From Camelus dromedarius (lineage: Eukaryota): a stretch of 60,000 nucleotides of DNA. The notes below the pieces were generated by a model. It was given only the letters and a program-made list of their open reading frames with translations, searched no databases and was not told the DNA's origin. A program made the position numbers and the translations under genes. Shown in pieces: positions 26,701 through 38,729 of this stretch; the stretch's first letter is position 1, and each line of letters opens with the position of its first letter. The DNA is taken from NCBI RefSeq assembly GCF_036321535.1, contig NC_087436.1:82586001-82646000 (forward strand), read 5' to 3'.

Positions 26701-27516
26701 GTATTTTTTAATTTCAGCTTTGATTTCCTCATTGATCCGTTGTTTTTTCAATAACATATTGTTTAATCTCCATGCTTTCCTTTTTTTCTCCTTTGTTTCT
26801 CTGTTGTTGATTTCCAGTTTCATGGCATTGTGGTCAGTAAAGATGCTTGAGATAATTTCTATCTTCTTAAAATTGTTGAGGTTTCTTTTGTGCCCAAGTA
26901 CATGATCGATCCTGGAAAATGTTCCATGTGCACTTGAAAAGAATGTATATTCTATTTTTGGGGGGTGTAATGCTCTGAAAATATCCACCAAATCTAGTTT
27001 TTCTATTGTAGTATTTAATTTCTCTGTTGCCTTGTTTATTTTCTGTCTGGAACATCTGTCTAGTGATGTTAATGCAGTGTTAAAATCTCCAACTATGATT
27101 GTATTCCCATCAATATCCCCCTTTATCTCTGTTAGTAATTCTTGTATGTACTTAGGTGCTCCTATATTGGGTGCATATATATTAACGAGTGTAATATCCT
27201 CATCTTGTATCACTCCTTTAATCATTATAAAATGTCCTTCTTTATCTTTCTTTATGGCCTTTGTTTTAAAGTCTATTTTGTCTGAAATCAGTACTGCAAC
27301 ACCTGCTTTTTTGGCTTTTCCATTTGCATGGAATATCCTTTTCCATCCTTTCACTCTCAAATTATATGTGTCCTTCTCCCTAAAGTGGGTCTCTTGTATG
27401 CAGCATATTGAAGGTTCTTGCTTTGTTATCCAGTCTGCCACTCTGTGTCTTTTGACTGGAGCATTTAGTCCATTAACATTTACAGTAATTAATGATAGAT
27501 GTGTGTTTATTGCCAT
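23719..27516 (-). pseudogene. L1 ORF2 (APE endonuclease, reverse transcriptase, C-terminal domain), disrupted
   Basis: ORF pieces of 690, 74 and 505 aa with NVNGLN, GDFN, TDHN, QGCP and YADD motifs. In-frame stop at 25444-25446, frameshift near 25215, frameshift in the A-run near 23755. Confidence 0.95.
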
Positions 27517-27919
27517 TTTGAACTTATCTTTGCAGTTGAATTGGTATATCCTCTTTGTTCCTTTCTTCTTCCTTTTGTGGTTTGGTAATTTTCCTTTGTA
27601 TTATCATGGATTTTATTTAATTTTTGTGACTCCTTTGTAAATTTTTGGCTTGTGGTTACCCTTTTTTGTAAATCTATCAACCCATTACTATAACTGTTTT
27701 TATTAAACTGATAGTAACATGATCTCAAACCCATCCTACTGTTAAAAAAATTTTAAAAAGAAAGAAAAAAATATTCTATATTTCCCTGCCTCCCTCTCCC
27801 ACTCTCAGTGATTTGTATTCTTCTTTTATAATTTCATGTTTACTTTATTTGTAATTCATGAGTTATCACCTTTCCAGTTGTGTGTTTCTCATTTCTGTAG
27901 CATCCTGCTGCTTTTCTAT

Positions 27920-28832
27920 TTAGAATAGCCCTTTCAATATTTCTTTGGGCTATTTAGTGTTGGGTTTAGTGTTGCTAAACTCCTGCAGCTTTTTTTTTGT
28001 CTGTGAAACTCTTTATTTCTCCTTCTATCCTCAAGGATAGCCTTGCTGGATAAAGGATCCTAGGCTGCATCTTTTTTTCATTCAGGGCTTTGAATATATC
28101 TTGCCACTCCCCTCTGGCCTGTAGTGTTTGTGTAGAGAAATCGGCTGAGAGCCTTATGGGGGTTCCCTTGTAACTTACTCTTTGCTTTTCTCTTGCTGCC
28201 TTTAGAATCATTTCTTTATCCTTGACTCTGGTCATCTTGATTATGATATGTCTTGGTGTGGGTCTATTTGGGTTCTTCCTGTTTGGGACCCTCTGAGCTT
28301 CCTGTACTTGGATATCTGATTCCTTCTTTAAGTTTGGGAATTTTTCAGTCATGATTTCTTCAAAAACCTTTTCAATCCCCTTTGATCTTTCTTCTCCTTC
28401 TGGGACCCCTATTATGCAAAGATTGGGACGCTTTATATTATCCCATAGGTCCCTTATGCTATTTTCATTATTTTTTATTTGCTTCTCTTGTACTTCTTCT
28501 GAATGGGTGCTTTCTATTCCCCTGTCTTCTAGATCACTAATTCGTTCCTCTGCATTATCTAGTCAGCTTTGCACAGCTATTAGATCATTCCTCATCTCTG
28601 TCAATGAGTTTACCCATTCTACTTGGCTCTTCTTTATAGCTTCAATTTCATTTTTGACATATTTTATATCTCTAAACACTATCTCTTTTAATTCCTTCAG
28701 CAATTCGATCACTCCTTTTTTGAAATCTTGATCTAGTAGGCTATCAATGTCTATTTCGTTGATCTTTCTTTCAGGGGATTTCTCTTGTTCTTTTAATTGG
28801 GAAAGGTTTTTCTGCTTCTTCATCTTGCTCAT
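27920..28832 (-). pseudogene. L1 ORF1 (RNA-binding/chaperone), disrupted
   Basis: MSKMKKQKN...AVQS*LDNAEERISDLED...RPNLCIIGVPEGEE...PTPRHIIIK...YPARLS. One TGA (probable CGA>TGA) at 28563-28565 and a frameshift in the A-run near 27990. Confidence 0.93.
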
Positions 28833-30494
28833 ACCTATTTGGCACTGTGGTTTATGGAGTATCAGTTGTTTATTTTGGTCCTTAAGGATTTTATCTATCT
28901 GATGCCTATTTAGGAATAGAACTTAGGAAAATAAGAAAAAAAAAATAAGAGAGAGAGAGAAAGAATTTTAAAAGAAGGGAGAAAGAGGGTTTGAAAACAG
29001 TGTATAATGAATAATAGAAGAGTGAGTTGAAGCAGAGTATTAATCGGGTTGAGACGTCCTTTTAAAACCTTTACAACAAAAGGGGGGGGGAGATGAATAG
29101 ATGTATTTGAAACCTGTGTCTAATCAATAGCAGGACATCAAAACCCAAGAGAAATAGAAATGAATTAAGAAGTAAAGATTAAGAGAGTAATAGAAAATAG
29201 AACAGGTAAAAACAGATTTAAAAAAAAAAGGGGGGGGGGTTTGTCAGTGTTCTCCTGGAGTCTGTGTGCTTTTAATGTGAAGTCTTTCTGTCTTCGTCCT
29301 GTTCTGGAAGCTCAGCTTGCTGTTTTCAGAGGCCCTCCGTTGGCGCCCTCTTCTGTGCTGCTCCCAGCACCTGTCGGCAAGCCGATCGCGCCTCCTCCTA
29401 ACACTGGGTCAGGTGCAGCTCTCTGCTGGGGGCGGGCGGGTCGCTGCCCCTCCGGATGCCGCAGTCAGATGTTGCAGACTGGCCGGGTAAGAGGGCGGGT
29501 CGTGCCCCCTCCCAGCACCTCGGTCAGGGGCTGTGTTCCTGCCCGAAAGGCGGGGGGCCGCTCTCCCTCTACCTGCGCTGCCGGTAGTTCCGCTCTCTGT
29601 GCGGCTGGGCGCTCCACCCTGGTCGGCTCTCCGCAGGTGGGCTCGGGGAAGACCTGTCCCCGCTCCGAGCCAAAACCCAGCTCCTTGTTTGTCTGTGTGG
29701 AGCAAGTTCTCTGAGGGACCAGGATGGAAGGATCCTATCTGCCCCGGGCTGCAGGCCAGTCTCAGTCTGGCCTTTGAGGCTGCTAAGCCCTTCGGTGCGG
29801 ATGCAGGTTTCGCCCCCGCCCCCGCCTGAGTGCTCAGCGCGGAGGATATGGCGGCTGTGCCTGAGCCCCGCCTCTCTTCCCCCGAAAACTTTCTGCGAGT
29901 TTTCAGAGATGGGGGTGTGCACCCTTCCCCCGAGAGCACATCAACCGTGCTGTTTTATGGAGGGCCCAGGTTGTTCTGCCCTGTGCACCCACAGCCACGG
30001 CGCGCAGCCCATTGCGTTCCCCCGGGGCTGCCTCCGTGCAGCCACTTCCGTCCTCCGCCCTGCTTGTGCAGCCTGGCCCTGCCCGCTGCTGCCGGCCCGC
30101 GTCTCAGGCTGGGTGTCGGGGGGACGCTCTGTGCCCGTTTAACTTAGTTCTGTTAGTCAAGGGCTGCTCTGTACAGATCCGCGCCTCGGAGGCTCCCCCT
30201 CCATCCCACTGGCCTCTCAGTTGGAGAGGGAAGACCCAGCGAGCGAGCGCCAGTCCTCCTTTGCTGCTCCCTCCCCGCGGGACCCGTCCTGCGCTGCTTT
30301 GCCTTTTGTTCTTTCTTTTTTCCTTTTCTCCTACCAGATTTTTGGCGCCTTTATCTTTTGAAGAGGCAATGTTCTGTCGGAGTTCCACAGGTGCTCTGGT
30401 TGGCTGAGTGGGTCTGTAGATGTGGGTCTTGGTGTATTTGTGGGAGAGGGTGAGCTGCGAACGCCCTTCTACTCCGCCATCTTCTCCCGGAATC
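28833..30494 (-). promoter_or_regulatory. L1 5'UTR / internal promoter, CpG-rich in 29330-30494
   Basis: Dense CpG/GC content; YY1-type AAGATGGC motif at the extreme 5' end. Confidence 0.85.
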
Positions 30495-31169
30495 GAGAAT
30501 GTCTTTTTAAGTGAAGTAAGCCAGAAAGAGAAAAATACCATATGTGATCGCTCATATGTGGAATCTAAAAAAAAAAAAAAAAAAAACATAACAGATACAG
30601 ACTCATAGACATAGAATACAAACTTGTGATTGCCAAGGGGGCGGGGGGTGGGAAGGGATAGACTGAGATTTTAAAATGTAGAATAGATAAACGAGATTAT
30701 ATTGTATAGCACTGGGAAGTATGTACAAGATCTTATGTTGCTCACAGAGAAAAAAATGTGACAATGAATATATATATATATGTTCATGTATAATTGAAAA
30801 ATCAAGCTCTACACTGGAATTTGACACAACATTGTAAAATTATTGTAAATCAATAAAAAATACTAAAATTAAAAAACAAAGAAAAGTCTATCTAGACCAC
30901 CCCTCCCAGTTCTCTACAGATCTTCTTGTCTCTTTTTCTTAAACCCTCCTGTACAAACAAAAAGATTGCTGTACCAATTATCTATTGCTACAATAAAAAA
31001 AAAAAAAAAAAAGAGAACATCTGTGTCCTGTATTTTCCTTCTTACAGTGATATTTGGGCTCTTATGTAGACCAACCATGCTAGAGGAAATGTACCCTCAG
31101 TTTTTAATTGGACAGACAGAAAAAGGAACGGTTACATTGATCTCAAAAAATTTACTACACAACAATTAA

Positions 31170-31865
31170 GCTGGGAGAAAATACTGATGATATTAAATGC
31201 TGACAAGTATGCAGAGAAATTGGATCTCTTACATATTGCTGGTAGAAATGTAAAAGGGGAAATTACTATGAAAAACAGCATTTCAGTTTCTTATAAAATT
31301 AAACATAAACTTACCATTCCACCTAGCAATTATACTCTTGGGCATTTATCCTAGAGAAATGAAAACACAAAAACCTGTATACAAATTTTCTTAGCAGGTT
31401 TAATTGTAGTATTCCTACCTGGAGACAACCCAAATGTCCTTCAAAAGGTAAATGAATAAGCAGACTGAGGTAGATGTATGTAATGGAATACTACTGTGAA
31501 ATACAAAGGGATGAATTATCAATACATACCTATCAATCTGGACAGATCTCAAGGTATTATGCTAACTGAAAAAAGTCAGTCTGAAAAGATAGCATACTAT
31601 ATAATTTCAAGTATATCACATTCTTGAGACAGCAAAATGACAGAGATCAAATCAATGGAGAATAGAGCAGTGGTTGCTAGAGTTAGTGATGGGGTAGAGG
31701 GAGGGTGTGACCATAAAGGGATATTATCCCAGAGTTTGGTGGTGGTGGAATCCAAACGCATGATCAAATTCCACAGAACAATACACAACAGTGAGTATTT
31801 GTGAAAATGAGTGAAATTTGAGTAAAGTCTATAGTCTAGTTAATAGTATTCCTGGTTTTGAAAAC
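31170..31865 (+). mobile_element. old L1 (L1MC/MD-like) 3' fragment
   Basis: acctagcaattatactcttgggcatttatcctagagaaatgaaaac...caacccaaatgtccttc. Confidence 0.8.
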
Positions 31866-33409
31866 CACTTCTAAAAGTTTATAGAAATTTCTTTAGACAA
31901 TAAAAATCAAATCATGGACAATAATTTAGTTTTTAACCAAGACAAGTTTGTGGGCTTTAGAAGGCAATTTGATTATTTCTTATGATAACAAAGGGTTACA
32001 ACTTCCAAGGGAAGTGATTACACATAGCCATGCATTTTAGACATGGTATCAGAATTGGTTTGTTTGCTATGAAATTACAGATGCTGTTGTTAACCATAGC
32101 TAACATACTGATTGTTGCATTGTAGGGAAATGAAACTGTTGGTGGATTCTTCCTAGAAGTCATTTAAAACCAGCAGTTAGCTGGTAAAGCAGTGATTTTT
32201 CTGAGATCCAGTCATCAGGCAAGACAAGACAGCTGCAAAACTAGTTAGCTTAACCTAACACAGGATTTGTTGCCAATATAAACTGCATCGCCAAACATTC
32301 AAGTGATCTTTGTTCGTGTCTGTGAAGTTTTGCCCCCATTCACATATTCTGAACAGCAGAGCAGTTTGAGGTGGTCATCAACCACCTCATGTAGAAGTGT
32401 TTCTTATGGCATCTGTCGGGCCAAGCCTTCCTGGTATGACCTGACCAGGTGCGGTTTCACCCTCCATGCCCAACAGATCTACCCAGAGCTCCAGTACATC
32501 TTTTCTTCCGGTGACTGAGGCCTGATTACTGCTGTGGTACTTAGACTGGGCCTCTGAGTAATTATAGAGTTGGCCTGTGGTTGTCTTCCAGGAAATGGCA
32601 AGTACCACTTGCCCTAGTGTGTCCTGGCAGACTTCACTTGGGGACAACAGGAAACGAATGCCATGTAAGGACATCCTGCAGCAGCAGCTGCTTTTCTGTG
32701 GACAGCTGGAAGGTAGACCAGCGTGTCTCTTTCACCATCTCCATTTCTCTTTCTTAAGTTGCTGAGGCTTATCAGTAAGAAAAATATGTGGATATATTGT
32801 CATCTTCAAAAGGACCAACATGAACTTTTACTTTCACACCAGAATTTGAATGCTTGCTTTTGACCGTCCTCTACTTACAGTGACTCTGAGAATGTTTTTG
32901 CAGCTAACTTTTGCAGCACTACTGTCTGATGGCCAAGTCTCCTGGAAAGTTCTTCAAAGAGTTTCTCTGTTTTCCTCCTTTATTGGGGAGAATAGTAGCT
33001 TTATTAACTTGTGGCCAAAAAATGGACTTAAAATAAATAACTCAATTCCCAGAATTAAACTTATCAGCTGAAGAGATTCAGTTTTTCTCTGAGCTGTTAA
33101 ATTTAGATATGTAATGTGAAATTGGAGCAGGAGGAGAGGAAGTGTGTTGTTTGGTGGGCGGGAGGGGCTACTCAGACAGGCTCTTCTCAGGTGTCCTCAC
33201 CGTCTATTGCTCTTGGCTCCTTGTCCCATCTTCCTACCACAAGAGGAATTTAATAGGGTGTTGTAATGTGAAAGCAGGCCATAGCAGGAAAAGCCTTGGA
33301 ATGCCATGGAATATTATACGGCTATTAAAAATGATGGATTAGAGCTCCTCCAAATGATTTTCAGCAATTTCCACAGTTTATTGTTGAGTGAGGTAAACAA
33401 GATGCTTTA

Positions 33410-34385
33410 TGGAGCACACAGCTTGGTCTCTCTTGCTTACAAGTTGTACATTTGGCAGAAGCAATGGCTAAATCTGCCTTTGTGAATGGGAGTATATGTT
33501 GGGCACATGTACAGCTTCTCTCCCTGACACAAAGCTATTTCACCCACTTGCCCACTGTGCTAGCAGTGAGTGGCTGATGACAGAGAATGATTGATGTCAT
33601 AGCTGGTCAGGGACTAGCTGAGTCATTTTTATCTACCTGGTTGTTTGCAGCCCCTTCCATGTTGGTCCTCTTGGGTGGCTGTTATGTGTTATGAAGCTCT
33701 TCATACTTCATGCTTGTTCTCTCATGTCCAATGATATGCCTGTTTCCTGGACTTCCTTTTTCCTAATAGTCCAGTCTTTCTCCTTTTAAGCCCTAGAGCG
33801 GGTTTACAGTTTTTCCCAAAAATTTGTGTCTATCTAGAACCTCAGAATATGACCTTATTTGGAAATAGGATCTTCGTAGCTGTAACTAGTTAAAAGTCTT
33901 AAGATGACATCAAGGTGGGCCCTAAGTTGAAAGACGTGCTCTTATAAGGAGAGGACATTGAGAGATACACAGGGAAGAAGGCAGCGTGACGATAAAAGTG
34001 GAGATTGGCGTGATGAGTCTATAAGCCAAAGAATGCCAAGGATGGCTGGCAATCACCAGAAGCCAGGAGAGAGGCTTAGGATGGTTTCTTCCTCAGAGCC
34101 TCCTCAGTAACCAACCCTGATGATACCTTGGTTTCAGACTTCTGGCCTCTTTGAAGTATGAAGGAATAAGTTTATGCCACCCAATTTGTGGAAGTTTGTA
34201 TAGCAGCTCTAAGAAACTAGCATGGTGCCTGCCAGCTGGCCAAGCATTTACCAATGAGTCCATGTACATTCTAACCTTGGGCCACTTCTCGCTTCACACA
34301 GGTTGGATGATCAGGAACATGGCCTGAAGCTCTGCCTACTTGAGGGGATTCTCCTTGTCACTAACTTTTCAAGGCTACCCCTTGA
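33410..34385 (-). mobile_element. ERVL pol relic (RNase H to integrase zinc finger), interrupted by an MLT1 LTR
   Basis: Manual translation gives AELQAMFLIIQPV*SEKWPKVRMYMDS (RNase H) and AQHILPFTKADLAIASAKCTTCKQERP (integrase CxxC), resembling ERVL pol. Confidence 0.8.
33794..34222 (+). mobile_element. MLT1C-like solo LTR
   Basis: gaacctcagaatatgaccttatttggaaatagg...caccagaagccaggagagagg...gcagctctaagaaacta. Confidence 0.85.
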
Positions 34386-34419
34386 ACATTTATGATAGCA
34401 CATTTCTCTCATAAAATAG

Positions 34420-35690
34420 ATTTAACATATTAAACTAAAAACCTCTGTAAACTGAAAGATATCTTTAAGAAAGTGAAAAAAATAAATGGAACCAGAATAT
34501 TTGCAACACGGTGGCTAAGAACTGATAGCAAGTTATGTAAGGAACATCTACAACCTGATAAGAAGACCACAGTGAGATATAATTTTAAACCCAATCCATT
34601 AGTGAATTGAAGATGTCTAATATCATCAAATACTGGAGAGAATGTGGATCAATAAACTAGCCTATACTTTGCTGATCGGAGTAGAAATTGGTTCAACTAC
34701 TTTGGAAAGTAATTTGGCATTATCTTTTAAAGTTGGAGATTCATACATCATATGATAAATAATTTTACTCTTAAATATATACTCAAAAGAAATTCTTGCA
34801 CATTCATTAGGAGACATACATAAGCGTGTTCATGGAAGCATTCCTGTTTGAAAAAGCAAAAACTTAGGGAAAATCCCCACACCCAGTGACAGGAGAACTG
34901 ATAAATGATTATACATTCAGACAATGAAATATTTCACTGCAAAGAAAAGAGAGTGTAAATGTATCTTAGAAATTTAATTTGAGTAAAAAGTAAGCTCCCA
35001 AAGATTAGATACAACCGTAATACCCTCTCCTTTTTTTAAAAAAAAGTTACAAATGAGTAAATCTACCCAATGTACTTTTAAGAAATGTTTGTATTGTTCT
35101 TTATCCAGTCACCTGTTGATGGACATTTAGGCTGTTTCCATGTTTTGGCTATTGTAAATAGTGCTGCTATGAACACTGGGGTGCAGGTGTCATCCTGAAG
35201 TAGATTTCCTTCTGGATACAAGCCCAGGAGTGGGATTCCTGGGTCATATGGTAAGTCTATGCCTAGTCTTTTGAGGAATCTCCACACTGTTTTCCATAGT
35301 GGCTGCACCAAACTGCATTCCCACCAGCAGTGTAGGAGGGTTCCCCTTTCTCCACAGCCTCTCCAGCATTTGTCATTTGTGGATTTTTGAATGACGGCCA
35401 TTCTGACTGGTGTGAGGTGATACCTCATTGTAGTTTTGATTTTAAAATTATCATTCTAAAGGGCTAAGGGAATAATCGTAGAAGTTGACAGATAGTAACT
35501 CCAGTGGAGAGATGTAGGGTGCAGGATAGGGAGAACTTAGGTGTATGTTAGAACTCATGAATGTTCTCATTTTCATGCTAAGTGGCATATGTAGATATTT
35601 ACTGTTTAACAAACAAATATGTAAGTAAAAAAATAAAGGCCATGCCTGGACCAGCGTTACACTGCTTCATGGACCATGAATTATGATTAA
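34420..35690 (+). mobile_element. ancient L1ME-like 3' fragment
   Basis: aattggttcaactactttggaaagtaatttggcattatct...aaagaaattcttgcaca. Confidence 0.7.
35098..35442 (-). mobile_element. 345-bp internal L1 ORF2 fragment identical to 23884-24228
   Basis: No mismatch found on base-by-base reading; no 3'UTR, poly(A) or TSD. Confidence 0.93.
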
Positions 35691-37714
35691 TCAAATTTTA
35701 GGCACTGCTGTTGGAAACACAACTGGACTTTTGACTGCAGAAATGTTCCTGATTGGTTGGGTCATCATTGGGAGCAAGAAGAGCCCTGGACCTGGGACAG
35801 GAGGCAAGACAAGATGGGGTCTGAAAGAGAAGGGGAAAGGAGCCCCAGGAAAGTCACAAGCATGGCCTAAAGAGAGAGGCTTAGGCGGCATTCCCTGAGG
35901 GGATGGTCCAGGAGCTTGGAAAACAGATGCTAAGGAGTCTGTTTTAAGTTGTTTCCTGTTCTGAACTCTGGTGTAAGTAACCTCCATTATCCAAAGTCCT
36001 CAGTAAAATTCTGCTACAGAGTGAAAAAAATAATAAGTCTTTTTATTATTTATCGAGTGCCTACTGCGTAGAGGAGAGCACTAGTGATATAGCAGCAAAC
36101 CAAACAGACCAAGTCTCTGTCCTCATAAATTCAATGTACAATTTTCCAGATGATGACAAATTCTAGGGCAAAAAATGAAATAGAGTAGAGGAGAGGGAGA
36201 GCCGGAAGTAGAGGTGATTTATAGTAGCAGTGTTTGGGGCGAACAAAGAGAAAGCAAGTGCAGGATGGCTACAGTGGGGTGAGACACAGGAAGGGAGCCA
36301 GTGAGTGGGGATTCAGAATTCTGCAGAAGCAGGGACTTGTGGTGACAGGCACCTAGGAGAGCTGCGTCCAGCACAGCTCGGGACAGTGAGGACGGGCTAC
36401 GCAAGACTTAAGAAGCAAAGAGACAAAGTAAAGAACAAAGATGGGACCAGGGGACCCAGGATCTCGTGGACCCAGAGTCCCGAAAGCCTGGTCGACATCA
36501 TATTTATTAGGAGTATACAGCTCAGAAAAAAATGCAATCAAAGAGGTGGGGCTTTAGATATTCCATGCGATAAGCACAAAGTTCTGCTTGCTGTTTAACT
36601 GATTAGTTTCAGGCCTATCCCTACCAGGAACAATCACCCTCCTCAGGGTATGCAAAATTTCTAAATCTATCCTGTTACTGCCTTCAGGACATCTCGAGAT
36701 AGCAAATATTTCCCCTGGGCTTAACCACATGCTTTCATGCCAGAACAAAGTTCTGTTAATGGATGATCTGGCTTTCCAGGACTATCCATTGTTTCACCCT
36801 AAGGAAATATCTGCCCTCTTTCGTACCCTTACTGTCAATCTCAGGATTGCTCACCCCAGATTTTCTTTAGCATAATACGTGCTCTAGGTCATCTACTGCG
36901 TAAAACATTAAAACAAAGCAAACATGCATTTTAAGCAAGGAAGCATGAATATAATATTTTAAACTCATGGAAATTTAGGCGCAGCTTGTTTTCCAGCAGC
37001 TTGTTTCCCAGCATAGAAGAACATAAGTTCCCTTTACAACAAATCATGGGAACCCTGGAGAAGGCTCTGGGTCTCCCATCATATGCAGAGTGTGGTTTGC
37101 TTGACTTAGTTGGTAAATTATAGGAAAAGTGAATTCCTAAAGTTGTAGAATTTGAGGCCACTGCCATTATACTTACAACACATCAACTATTAAGTTGTTT
37201 ACCTTCCTTTGAAGGTGGTTCTTAACCTAGAGGAACAGTAGAGTGGAGGATGGTAAATTGTACTTTGAAAAAATTTTCCAAGTAATTCTGCCTCCCAACA
37301 CCCCCAACCCCATCCCACCTACCTCCATTGGTGGACATTTCTTATATACAACAGTGATTCCTAGTTTGGTTATCCTAGAGAAGCTCAAATAATCTCAGGT
37401 TATAAAATTTTAACAAAGTAAGAAGTAAAATATTTGATAACATATTTAATTAAAAAAAAACCAAAAACCTAGCAGAGCACTTGTTTAAAAATAGTAGTTT
37501 TTAAAATGAAATGCCAGGATTCTCAGTGCCTCAACTTGAGAATAATTGTGTTATTTTTTGATCCTCTTTAATAATGGCCTCGTTTTTCCTGACATTGTTT
37601 ATCTCCAATATATTGAAACTGAAACTAGACAAAACAGTTAGATGAAAGCTGAGTTAGCATGAAAGTCTCTTCTTTGATCTTTCTCTGTGTGTGAGTTTAA
37701 AGTTAACTTTTTGA

Positions 37715-37910
37715 ATGCTTGTTAATGCCAGGAACTATTTTAAGCTCTCTGTATGTATTATGTCATTGAAAGTTCACAATATCCCTATGAATTATATTCA
37801 TAAGTATCCCCATTTACAAATAGAGAGAACAAGGCACGTGGTTCAGACAGCTAACAAATACAGTGCTGGATTGTCACCAAGGCAGTCTGACTCCTGAGCC
37901 TGTGGCTTTA
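37715..37910 (-). mobile_element. MIR
   Basis: tcacaatatccctatga...tatccccatttacaaatagagagaac...ggcagtctgactcctgagcc. Confidence 0.7.
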
Positions 37911-38729
37911 ATACAGTAAACACCAATGCAATTAATAGAATCAGGTTCTAACATCATCCAACAGTAGTGACACTAGAACACAGAAAATACTTTTGCTCAC
38001 AGAGAAGTGTATAAGTTCTAACCCATCATTTTGAAGTTTCTTGTTAAAATGCTTTAAGAAACTTGCAACCTTAAATTTTCAAAATCTTCCAGGTTCAAGA
38101 TTATCAGCTCATGAATCCTGGCACAAAGATGATTCATTGCTGCCCAAACTGACGGGCAGTTGGTTCTTAGTGAAAACAGTCCAGGGTTAGTTGATGACTA
38201 AGTCTAAGTGCCACATAGAATATGTCCTTATATTTTTAGGGGCTCCAGGAAACAGGCATCCAGGTGTAAGCACATTGCAAACATCAGTGGGCTTTGCCAG
38301 ACAGCATAACTTAAGCACTTTATTTTGAGTAGACAGAACCTGCTCTCTGTGCCCTGCAAATGTCACACCGTTTGCCTTCATACCATGTTCTTTCGTCTGC
38401 GGTTGTTACTTCCTTCTCAAGTACACAGATAGAAACTTTTGCTTGCATGGAAGAAAACTTTTCCAAACTCCTATTTCCTTTCCCCACCACTTTCCACAGT
38501 AAAACAATAATTTTTTTCTAATCTCAAGTTTCCTTTCCTTTTTCTAAAGCTATTTTAGTATTTCCAGGATATGAACACACACACACAAACACACCACAAT
38601 CACCATCTCTTAGGATAAAAAGTTTTGAGAGCTCATAATTTTTCTATTCTGAAGTTTTTTCCTCAAGTCCTGTAATCAAGTTTTTCTTAAGGTATAAGCA
38701 AGGCAGGCTGTTCACAATTAGTTAAACAC

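Larger units (their letters stand above)
23297..30494 (-). mobile_element. full-length young L1 (~7.2 kb including 3' extension), inactivated
   Basis: 5' end GATTCCGGGAGAAGATGGCGGAG; GC-rich 5'UTR, ORF1, ORF2, 3'UTR, poly(A). TSD GAGA(G/A)TGTCTTTTT (23283-23296 / 30495-30508) at a TTTTT/AA endonuclease site. Confidence 0.97.
22648..31013 (+). mobile_element. 5'-truncated, internally deleted L1 (end of ORF1 + spacer joined to end of ORF2 + 3'UTR + 3' transduction), split by a nested L1
   Basis: TSD AGAACATCTGTGTCCT (22632-22647 / 31014-31029). ORF1 end and spacer 22648-22990; ORF2 end 22991-23296, resuming at 30495; 3'UTR to ~30885; poly(A) ~30995-31012. Confidence 0.9.

Noticed and set aside
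24222..28731. Long plus-strand ORFs (186, 118, 202, 126 aa and others)
   Set aside because: Antisense shadows of L1 ORF1/ORF2; Phe/Leu/Ser-rich because the L1 sense strand is A-rich
29241..30608. Overlapping 98-176 aa ORFs in the L1 5'UTR (ORF0-like?)
   Set aside because: Expected from stop-poor GC-rich sequence; present in most frames, many with non-ATG starts, and with no recognisable protein similarity
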